A program made the translations under genes and the position numbers. The notes beneath the pieces were generated by a model. That model was not told the DNA's origin. It saw nothing but the letters and a program-made list of their open reading frames with translations, and did not search any database. From contig QPMI01000531.1 in NCBI GenBank assembly GCA_004431415.1, forward strand, positions 1 to 64,000: a DNA stretch of 64,000 nt, written 5' to 3'. Shown piece by piece: positions 20,635 to 30,443 of the stretch (position 1 is its first letter; the number at the start of each line of letters is the position of its first letter). This DNA comes from Cyanophora paradoxa CCMP329. Lineage: Eukaryota > Plantae > Glaucophyta.

Positions 20635-21863
20635 CTAGAAGTTACTTACCTTTAGAGTTGACATTTGATACGAGTTAATTACGAGAACATTGTGGCGCAG
20701 GACGTGGAAGTCAACAACTGCTGGCGCTGCGTTTGTGCAGCCGGTCACAGTTAGCGAGCAGTAGCTGCTGCTGGAATTAAAGAAGTCTGTGTAGCCGAGG
20801 ACAGCGTTATGCAGTGAGTCTTTGCCAGATTTCGAAAGCACAATCCCATAGACATTTCCGTCCTCGAAGCCAAGAGCTGAATTGCCAGTGGTTGCACCGC
20901 GGTATTGAGTTGGAATGTGATAGCACGATGATACAAACCCAGAGATTGGCTTATTGCTGATGTCGAGAGTTCGGTTGTTGTGCATGATCTCAAACGAATC
21001 GATTTTCAGCGCATTTCCGTTGCCAGCAAATGAATTGTGATTGCGAGTGCCCAGGTGATTCGCATTACGCACTGTCATCAGGATCGCGTGCACAAGGCCG
21101 CTGACGTTGGCAAGGGAGATTTCGACTGCATTCCCCGCGTCGTCAGTCTTTAACTGCCTCGAGCGCTTTGAAATAATCTCGGTGAAAGGAATTCGAATAC
21201 CACCGCTCTCGTTTGCAGATTTAAGCATAGACTCAGCCTCTTCGCTAGGGATATTCACGAACTGGCAAACCAGGGCACAATCCGTTAGAGTTGCAACAGC
21301 ACTAGCGACAGTTCCAACCACCGAAGCCGAACGGAAGTCAATCTCGACGGTGGGCATGTCAGCCAGTGCGAGGAGCGGGAAGTATGAATTGTCCCAGAGC
21401 TGGAGGGGATCTTTAGCACATACTCGCGACTGGCATCGAGAATCTCAAGAGCAGCGTCCTTTCCAAAGCCGTAGCTGCTAGCAAAAGCCTGGGCGGATGC
21501 AACGCTATTATCGATGAGCGCGTTCACAGTAAGCCAGTCTCCTGGGATCACCATCTTGAAGGATCCATGAACAAAGCGCACGTTTTCAATAAATGCACCT
21601 GCGCCATTCGGCAGCACTGAGGCGGCCGCTCCGCCAGCGACGCTGACCTTAAAGTATAGCGAGACACCGTTTAGAAGTTGCTTGCGCGGAAGGTCGAAAG
21701 CGGCAGTCTGCGCGAAGCCGTACGAGTTGCCTCGCGGACGGATCGTTTCAAGGAAAGGCTTGAACTTGGGGCTGACACCGACAGTGAGACCCGGGGATAG
21801 ATAAAGCTCGCTTGAACCTTTGGTAGTGAGGAGCTCCTTTAGAGTTGTTCCTGCTTGCGCCAT
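20635..21863 (-). CDS. Major capsid protein copy 2, full length (~410 aa; one frameshift ~21405)
   Basis: Two ORFs join as ...EYVLKIP[L]QLWDNSYFPLLALADMPTVEIDF. Beta-rich, ends HNVLVI, and lies between penton and ATPase. Confidence 0.8.
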
Positions 21864-21907
21864 TTGCTATTATAGACCAGAAAATTTTCATGCATATTGT
21901 TGTAAAG

Positions 21908-22784
21908 ATGAAGCTCCGCGTAAATGTCGATTCTAGGGACCGGTTCGAAGGCACGTCCTCGAATTTCAAGATCAATCTCCCAAGGCCCTCGTTAATGTAA
22001 AGTCGGTGCGAGTTGATTCGCTAGAACTGTTTCATAACATGTTCAACCTGTCCACACAAGCCGCAATTATCACCGGCACCCTTGATCCCTCTGGCGTTGA
22101 GAAAACACGTGCCAACACTTTCAAGCCCGGAGTCTATACGCCAACCTCCCTTGCAAACTATCTAAGCACGCTTCTTAAAACCCAGCAGTATAGTTACGGT
22201 GGAACTACTTATCAGCGCAAGTTCGTCGTTCAGTTCGAAGAGATCTCAATGCGGCTTAGGTTCCTGTGTGAAGCGGACTTTATTTTGAGCTTCACATCGG
22301 CCGAACTAGCGAACCTGCTCGGGTTTGCGAAGACTCTCAGTGACCTTTCCAGTGAGCTTGACACACCTGAGACAATCGATGGCGTACAATATTCGTACGA
22401 GCTGTTCAGCGATATGCCAGTTGATCTACTTTATCACACGTATTTGTTCCTGTACATTCAGCAGATCAAAGGCTCGATCTTGACACTTAACCCTATACAA
22501 CGGGCTCGATCGCAAAGATTCACATCGACTCAAAATTCGGGGAGCTCATCAAGTTCACATCTGAGGATCGTGTTCCCGTCACAGGCTTCGATCGAAACGC
22601 TGAGCTGTCTGAACTTGACATATCGCTGCGCTATCATAATGGAACAGACGCTGTCACAAACACGGAGTTCTCGTTCGTGCTAGAGTTCGATATCGAGGAT
22701 GTCTCTTACACGTCTGCTGCTGCTAAATCCGCAATCAAGAATGCAGCCAGCGAGTACGTCCCCTTCGACAGATCGTTCGCATAA
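21908..22784 (+). CDS. Minor capsid (penton) protein, copy 2 (two homopolymer frameshifts)
   Basis: Near-identical to 11288-12166; lacks one C in two C-runs. Confidence 0.85.
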
Positions 22785-22809
22785 GTTTTTTCCCACTACT
22801 AGTTAAAAG

Positions 22810-23464
22810 ATGTCGACAGACAAGCAGTCTCGGCTGCGCACTCCGCGAAAGAAGTCGACAGACATGCAGTCTTGGCTGCGCACTTCCAGCCCTACTAAGA
22901 AGAATCACATCGAGTTCTTGAGTGGTGATACTGATGCTTACCCGCTAGCCCGTCGCGCTGGTGGCGGTGAGGGTGCATCCAACGACTATGCTCTTACCGC
23001 CGATGAGAACGCTATTCTTGATAAGATCCCGAATTCTCGGACTAAGAAGACCAAGACTAGCAAGCTAAGGATACCGACGATGGGCCGCTGTACATCTCAG
23101 AGACGGCTAATCGTAGCAGGTATTTCATTAAAACTGTGACCGGTCTTAAAACAGTTTCAAAGAAGCGAGCTAGTGATCTTATAGCTGGCATCGCGGCTGA
23201 GACTAAGATGGAGAACAAGATTTTAAATGAACCGATCACGAAGACAAAGGTCGATAAGAAGGTTGCCCCTCCTGCATCTGCTGTTCCTGCTAAGACGATT
23301 GTTGCGATCCCGAGGTCGATGAGAATGCTAGCGAGCTGCCTGTAGCTAACGCATCGATCCTGCGCATCGCCTCTAGCAGTGCTGATCCTGTCGGGCCGGC
23401 GATCGAGTACAAGCCAATGCTGAGCGGCTTCACTAAGCTAGGGCTCCGGCATCGCTGGGAGTGA
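22810..23464 (+). CDS. Hypothetical basic viral protein, copy 2 (frameshifted)
   Basis: Homologous to 12192-12866, with an 18-nt in-frame deletion and 1-nt losses. Confidence 0.7.
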
Positions 23465-23580
23465 ATGCCTGTAACGATGCCTGTAACGATTGGCTTGACG
23501 GCTTGGCTCGGGCTTGGTCTCCGGGATCCGGCTTGGCACAGGGCTTGTCTCGGGCTTGTCTCCGGCTTGTCTCCGGCTAG

Positions 23581-23870
23581 CTATCAGCGCACTATCAGCG
23601 CACTATCAGCGCACTATCAGCGCACTATCACTTTTATGCCAGCGCATAGAAGCTCGTCTACATTACTATACTTTTATGCCAGCGCATAGAAGCTCGTCTA
23701 CATTACTATACTTTTATGCCAGCGCATAGAAGCTCGTCTACATTACTATACTTTTATGCCAGCGCATAGAAGCTCGTCTACATTACTATACTTTTATGCC
23801 AGCGCATAGAAGCTCGTCTACATTACTATACTTTTATGCCAGCGCATAGAAGCTCGTCTACATTACTATA
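23581..23870. repeat. 11-bp x~4.5 and 40-bp x6 perfect tandem repeats
   Basis: CTATCAGCGCA at 23581-23630; CTTTTATGCCAGCGCATAGAAGCTCGTCTACATTACTATA at 23631-23870. Confidence 0.97.
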
Positions 23871-24110
23871 CTTTCTGTCCAAATCTTCAACATCTCTCGA
23901 TCTTTTCGTTTTTTAGGACTTCCTGTCCAAATCTTCAACATTGCTACTGGCGCTATCATCCACACAGTATTATTGACTAACTAGAACCTAAACTCGCATA
24001 TGCAATCAGCTTCGATTATATAGTTTTATCGTCTAGCTAGAACCTGGAAACCTCTCCGCTATTTAGATAGGAAGAACACAGTATTAACGCCTAGCTGCTG
24101 ATTAAGCTAT

Positions 24111-24379
24111 CTCTGCAGACCGTCGCGTTGGGGGCCCGTCTCAAATCACTGCTATATCTTTTGCAAGATCGATTGGAGTAGACGTTAGATACTACCTAGT
24201 GGTTGCTGGATGGAAGGGGAGGTAGACCAGAGGGAGAGTAGGACGGTAGACGTAGCGGAAGGGTTGGCGAGAGTGATGGCTGGGAAGACGCTGGATTGGG
24301 TGGGTTGGGGTGGGTTCGGAGAGGTGAGGGTGGTGAAGAGGGGTGGGCCACAGAATCAGGTCCTCTCTCATTTTTTTTT
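24111..24379. repeat. Terminal sequence of capsid-module element, copy C
   Basis: Direct, diverged repeat of 14353-14617. Confidence 0.85.
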
Positions 24380-24564
24380 GAAGCCTGATTCAAGCCTCAT
24401 TCAGCCTGATCCAAGCCTGATTCAAGCCTGTTTCAGCCTGTTTCAAATCAGGCTGAATCCTCCGAAATAAGGCTGAGCCTGTTTCGCCCAGCCTGTCTCA
24501 GCCTTATTTAAGCCTGCTTTAAATCAGGCTGAAACAGGCTCCGGCGACCCCCTTTTTACTAGTG
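24380..24564. mobile_element. End of a CACTA (EnSpm) DNA transposon
   Basis: Ends ...CCCCCTTTTTACTAGTG (reverse complement CACTAGTAAAAAGGGGG), preceded by dense AGCCT(G)/(C)AGGCT subterminal repeats in both orientations. GC-rich DNA starts right after. Confidence 0.75.
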
Positions 24565-25248
24565 ACCGCGGCCGTTACGGTTCTGCCCGACGGCCTCTTC
24601 GCGGCGGGCGGGGAGCAGCTCCTCGAGGCCGACGCCGACGAGCTCCTTCAGGCCGAGGTGCGCTTCGAATTCAGGGGTTCCGGTGGCCGCCGATCGTTTT
24701 ATATATATTGTACACATTTGCGTACGTGACGCACGTGACGCTGGTTCGTGCCGCAGGTCGTCTACTCGTCCGACAAGGAGTTGTAGGCGCCTTCAACGTT
24801 CTCGGAAAGTTCGGCAGCCGGACCCGCGACGTCGTGCCCGGTCGGGTTGCCTCCCGACCTCCGGCGCGCACGGCGTTCAGGCGTTACCCTCGCCGACGTG
24901 TTGTTGTATGTCACATTGTAAAGTCACTTTTCTCCCGTCGACGTCCCGGTCCGGCGGTGCTCAATGCAAGGGCCTAGTTTTCCTCGGCCGGGGTCGGGAC
25001 TCGCACTTCGGCAATCGCAGGCCGCCGGCCGGGCGCCGCGGGTCGTGCAAGGGTCTGTAGCTTCAATGCGGCTTCCAAAGTTCGTTCATGATTGTCATTC
25101 GATTTGTGGGAGCACTTCAAGGCTCGAGCTCGCGTGAATCCTTCCCCGTCCCTCCGGCACCCGGGAGTCTCGTGGGCTTCTAGGCCTGTGCTTCTTTGGA
25201 AAGACGCTGTGCTTCTTTGGAAAGGAGTCAGAAAGGCGCTGGGGGGAG

Positions 25249-27297
25249 CTACACGGCGGGGGCCGGGGCAGCTGAGCGAGGGGACCCAGCTAATCGTGGA
25301 GGGAGGCGCCGACGTTGAGGGGCGGGCCGGAGCCCTGGGCGTCGGGGGAGCCGGCGGGGGCGTTGAGGGGCTGCGGGCGCGGGGCGGGGACGCGGAAGAC
25401 CTCGCTGGGGCGCGAGCCCGGGGCGCCGGGCGCCTGCGCGTTCGTGGGCGAGTCGGCGCTCGGCACGCCGGCGCCCGAGCCGCGGCGGCTGCCGTCGACG
25501 GGCGGCGACGACTCGCCGGCCCGCCGCGACGCGAGCCGCTCCTCGATGCGCCGCAGGCTGTCCGCCGTGGGGGACTCCCCGCCGCCGCCGGCCCGGGGCG
25601 AAGCCGGCTGGCGGGCGCGGGCCTGGGCGACGGCGGCGAGGGCCGGGGGAGGGCGGCGGTGCCGCCGTGGAGGGCGGGGCATGGGGGCGTGGCGGGGCTC
25701 GCCGAGGAGGGCCCCGAGCCGACGCAGTCGAGGGGCCCGGGGCGAGGTTCATGGAGGAGTGCGCCGGCGTCGGCGGCGGCAGCGCCGCGAGCCCCGCCGC
25801 CGCCACCGCGCGCGAGCTGCCCGGCGGCGAGAGGCTCTCGATGCGGGCGCGGGGCGAGGGCGGCCCCTCGGCGCGGGGCGCGGCGGGCTGGGCGGAGAAG
25901 CCGGCGCGGAGGCCCTCGGCGACGGCGAGGCGGAGGGCGTCGTTGTGGGCGCGCCGCCGCATCGACCCGCCCTCGTCCGCGCTCTGGTGCCCCGCCGGCG
26001 ACTCCGCCGAGTCGACGGCGACCACCAGCTCGGTCGTCCGCCGCCCCGACGGGCTCTTCGGCACCAGCACCGTCCGCGAGCCCGTCGACCCGCGCCGCGC
26101 CGCCCCCGCGGCGCCGGCGCCCCTCCTGCCGGTCGTACAGCTTCGCCGAGAGCAGCGCCGCCGCCAGCTCCCGCCGCTTCGAGCCGCGCTGGCCCGACGC
26201 CCCGCCCGCTTCCTCCTCGTCCTCCTCGCTTTGCTGCGCGCCCCGCCCGAGCGTCGGCCGCCGCTGGCGCTGCAACCCGCGCGCCGGGGCGCTCACCGTG
26301 CGGGCCGACAGGCGCTGGTTGACCTCCGGGTCGAGCTCCGGCGGCGGCGGCTCGAGCCGCACGGCGCCTGCCCGACGCGTCGGCGCAGGCGCCGCTGGGG
26401 GCGGGGCGGGCGGACCGGAGCTGAGCCTGCGGAGGACGGGCTTGGGCTTGGCGGCGTGCGCCTCGTCGCCGCCCTCGCACTCGGACGAGGAGCGCTCGTG
26501 CCTGCGCCCGCCCCCGCGCTCGGTTCCCTAGCGACGGGGCAGGGCGGCGGGGCGGCGGGCGGGGCGCGGCGGGGCACCTGATGTCGTGCTCGTGGTCGCT
26601 GGTGCCGGCGGGGGAGAGGGGCGGCGCCTCGCCGTCCCCGTGCAGCGGCGAGAGTCCGTCCTGCCGCCCGAGATCACCAGCCGCGGCTTCTGGCCCGCGT
26701 TGTTCATCGACGACGACCGCGACGGCGCCCGCTCCGCCCTGCCCCGGCCCCGCGTGAGCCGGCGCGGCAGGGCGGGGGGCGGGGGGCGGGGGGTGGGGCC
26801 GGACCGGGGGGCGGCAGGGTGGGCGCCTGCGCTGATGACGATGGGGATGTGGCGGTTGAAGGAGGCGCTGGGGGAGATGGAGCCGTTGCCGCTCGGGGAC
26901 TGCGAGCCGGGGAGGCCGGACCCCGCGTAGCCGATGGACGCGAGGCCCACGCCCTCCGTCGGCTCGCTGTTCAGCACCGCCAGCACCTCCAGCTTCCGCG
27001 CCAGCTCGTCGTTCAGCGCCCGGTCCGCCCGGTTCTGCGTGCGCGCCGCCCGGTCGGAGGAAGAAGGGACGTGGCGGGCCGTCGGCCGGCCGGGAAAGGT
27101 GGAAAAAGGAAATTCAAATCAGTGCTGACCAGTTCGCGGAGACGTGCGTTCTCCGTTCGCAGGGCGGCCTCGCTGCGCAGGGAGAGCCGGAGCTGCTCTC
27201 GCAGCTCGGCGATCACCTCGCCCTTATCGCGGCCGTCGTGCCCGTGCGCCGAGGCGTGCGCCTGCGTGCGATATAAGTTAGTCGGCGTCCCCGTCAT
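25249..27297 (-). CDS. Hypothetical host protein, multi-exon, coiled-coil and Ser/Pro-rich
   Basis: Coiled-coil exon EVIAELREQLRLSLRSEAALRTENARLREL; codon-biased exons separated by CCCCG-rich introns. Boundaries approximate. Confidence 0.5.
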
Positions 27298-28211
27298 GCA
27301 TCAGCGGCAACAGGTGCGTACGTGGTGGCGGCCGATGCTCTCGCCCCTTTCGCAGCCCACCGACGGAAGAACCATGGGCACGTCGAACTGCTTGTACAGT
27401 CAGAGCGCATATAATCGCCAGCACTGTGGGGGGGAGGCGTACGTCGCTGACGTGGAGCTCGGAAGCAAGGCGGCGCAAGCCCGCGGCGCCGAGCGCGAAA
27501 AGCTCATCGGAGCTCGCCGCCCGGGTGCTCAGGAACGGTCTCAGCGCCTCTCGGACTACAGTGCCCAAGCTAGCACTGATCTCCGGGGCGCGGGAGGCGC
27601 CGATCTCAGGAGACAACAGCTCCTCGAACTGCAGCACGGCGTTTGGTTTCGGAGGGGCGGCGGGCTTGCAATTTCTCTCGCACCTTTGATGCCACGCTGT
27701 CAACGAACTCCAGCTGGGTCCGCTCGCTGGGCCGCGGCAGGAGCGCCAGGGACACTAGCGAGTCCTGGGGCGAATCAATTGCAATGTGGAGAACGTGATG
27801 GCCAGTCCCCCGAGCGCACCAGGAGGTCGTTCAGCTCGGCCTTCATCGCCAAGAAACGTTAACAGGCCAGCGGGTGCGGTGCAAGTCGAGCAGGCCCGAG
27901 GGCCCTCCGCATGTGCGACGCCGTCCAAGCGCAAGGGTGCACCACTGTTCTTGAGAACAGATGCACAGAAGATAGGGCGCGACGGTGGCGCGGGGAAGTG
28001 GCCGGGGAGGCTGTCCCCTGCACTGACGGCTGCAGTGACGCTATCTGGGTCGCTGAAAAACGGTTGCTGATGCGAGGGGTTGCAGTTGCTCGGAGTTGCG
28101 TAACCTTGCGCGGCGTCGCGGCGGCGACGATCGATGGGTACCGTCGCTCGTCAAATTTTTTGTTTTGTTCGCTTCCCTCCCGCCCCGGGTACCCTGCCAT
28201 AGATTGCCAAG

Positions 28212-28981
28212 ATGTCGGCACCGGCTAAGCGGTGAGTCGGGTCCGCGGCACGCGGCGGGTGGGGTTCTCGGTAGCTCTGGCGCACTGGGCATCCCTAGTC
28301 AGCGCTGGGCAGGCCGGTCGGCGCGATCGACTGGAGGGTTCGCCGCCACTGGGCGGTCCTGGCACAGCTATCAGCTGTTCAGCAGATCTATCAGCGCAAA
28401 TGTTGGGGCTTAGCATAGCTTCCATCGCACGCCTCCCATCCGATCGTGATGCCGCCGCGTCCTCGATGCTCACTCCATCTCGCCGCAGGGGTGTTACCGT
28501 TCGGGACGTTGCGCCCGCTGATTTCATTGCGGCCTATGCTGCGCACCTGAAGCGCACGGGCAAGCTCGAGGTCCCGAAGTGGGTCGACCTCGTCAAGACT
28601 GGTGTGCACAAGGAGCTCGCTCCTTATGATGCGGACTGGTACTACATCCGCGCTGCCTCGATGGCGCGCAAGATCTACCTCCGCGGCGGCCAGGGCGTCG
28701 GCAAGTTCAAGCGCACCTACGGTGGCGTGAAGCGCGGCCGCTCGGTGCTCCCGGCGCACTTCCAGTACGCCTCGGGCTCGATCCTGCGCAACATCCTCAA
28801 GGGCCTCGAGAAGATCAAGGTCCTCTCCAAGGACCCGAAGGGGTGAGGCTCCCGCCGCGTTCCGGCCATTCTTCCTGCTCACAGCCATCGCGCTCGTCCA
28901 CGCAGCGGGCGCAAGATCACCGCCGACGGCCAGCGTGACCTCGACCGCATTGCCGGCCAGGTCTCCACCGGCAAGCAGTAA
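28212..28981 (+). CDS. RPS19: 40S ribosomal protein eS19
   Basis: Exons 28212-28231, 28489-28842 and 28906-28981; [38 protein letters not shown]...[16 protein letters not shown]. Confidence 0.98.
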
Positions 28982-29644
28982 GATCGGCTCCGGCATCCAT
29001 GCCAGCGAGCAGCACCGAGCCTAGCAGGCTCAACCAGGCGGTAACCACGGCATCTATCTTCGTTCATCACGCAGACATCACGACTGTATGCGGTCGACCT
29101 AGGGCCCATCAAGTTGTGTGATCGAACAACTGGCAATCTTTCTCGTTCAGCGTTCCTTTCGCGATCGCGAGCCCATGGGAAGCAGCTGGACAGAAGCAGC
29201 TGGACAGAAGCACAATCGCCTGCGCTGCGCTCTTTTCGGACCGCCTGCCTAACCGGAGAAGTATCTTTCTTTTTAGGTCTTTAAGGCCTTAGGGGGGGCT
29301 CCTGGCGGCGCGGTGGGGCACACCTTTTCCGAAGTTCCACCCCATGCACAATGCATACAATCAGAGAGTGCATACGCATGCACATTCTGCGTCACTAGTA
29401 CTTCGCATTTGGACACGTACTCAAAACGCAGGTCCGGGCTACAAGTGTGGGAATGTACACTGCGGCCGCCGCGGCCGCGGGCCCAGCCCACCAGCGAACT
29501 GGCCAGCCGGGCCCTGCGTGGCCCCCTAAGGAGAGTAATGCGCCTCCCCGCGGACACTCTGGCTAGCTAAATAGCTACAGGTGCCCGCATGCGCGGCGTG
29601 GTGCTGCATCGCGTCTTGTGGCGGCGGGGGGTCGCCTCGGGGCG

Positions 29645-30050
29645 GTGGCGGGAGCCCCTACAGGCCCACGGAGGGGCCCGACATGGAGTCAGCCTGCGCC
29701 AGGGGCGAAGTGGGTCAGATCGAAATCGAAAGGTCTTGAGATCCAAATGAAATCAAACGGGGGCGCACTCGATCGACGAGCCTCCCACCCAGAGGAGCGC
29801 CTGCGCGGGCGGAGGACGATCAGCCGCCGAGCAGGCCGACGCTCCAGGGCACCTGCGCGCGCGGTGCGCACCTGGGGCGCGTCTTGGGCGGGAGCCCCTA
29901 CAGGCCCTGTGGGGGGCCCGACATGGAGTCAGCCTGCGCCGGAGGGCGAAAAAGGGGGTCAGATCGATATATCGAAAAAGCCTTGGTTTTCAAAGGGAAC
30001 GGGGGCGCACTCGATCGACGTGCCTCCCGCCAAAGGCGAGCGCCTGCGCG
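29645..30050. repeat. ~240-bp diverged direct repeat, two copies
   Basis: GGGAGCCCCTACAGGCCC...GGGCCCGACATGGAGTCAGCCTGCGCC and GGGGGCGCACTCGATCGACG each occur twice. Confidence 0.8.
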
Positions 30051-30443
30051 CCGAAGGGCGCAACGATGCATCAGAGGACCATCGCGGAGTGGGCGCCCGG
30101 GCGCGGCGCGCCGCGAACCCGGTGTGCCCTCTGCCTCGTTGGAAAGACGAGCCTGCCGCGACGCGAAGGTGAGGAAGGGGGCGCTCGGCGCGCAGATCAA
30201 GGTAGTACTTCAGCTAGTATCGATTTCGACATAGAGCGCTAGCTATCATTCAAGCGGGGAGGCCTAGGGGCGCGCATCGACGTCAGCTGCACGTCTGAAG
30301 TGCGCTTCGCGCTCAACGCGACGGGCCCGAATACGCGTACGTACCCCAGCACAGCGCTGCTCAGCGGCTGCTGCTGCGCCGCTGCTGCGGCTGCTGCGTT
30401 GCTGCAGCTCAACTGGAGGAGTAGATAGCAACGTTGGTCAGCA

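Larger units (their letters stand above)
1..24379. mobile_element. Cluster of endogenous Polinton-like/virophage-like virus elements (probably nested; left ends outside window)
   Basis: Hallmark set present: pPolB, rve integrase, double-jelly-roll-like MCP (x2), penton (x2), A32-like ATPase and fibres. Mostly intronless, compact genes with much lower GC than the flanking host DNA. Confidence 0.9.

Noticed and set aside
23631-23870. 40-bp repeats as a CRISPR array
   Set aside because: Units are contiguous with no spacers, there are no cas genes, and the context is eukaryotic.
10301-24379. Duplicated capsid module as an assembly artefact or LTR pair
   Set aside because: Copies differ by many synonymous substitutions, an in-frame indel and different cargo; no gag/RT present.
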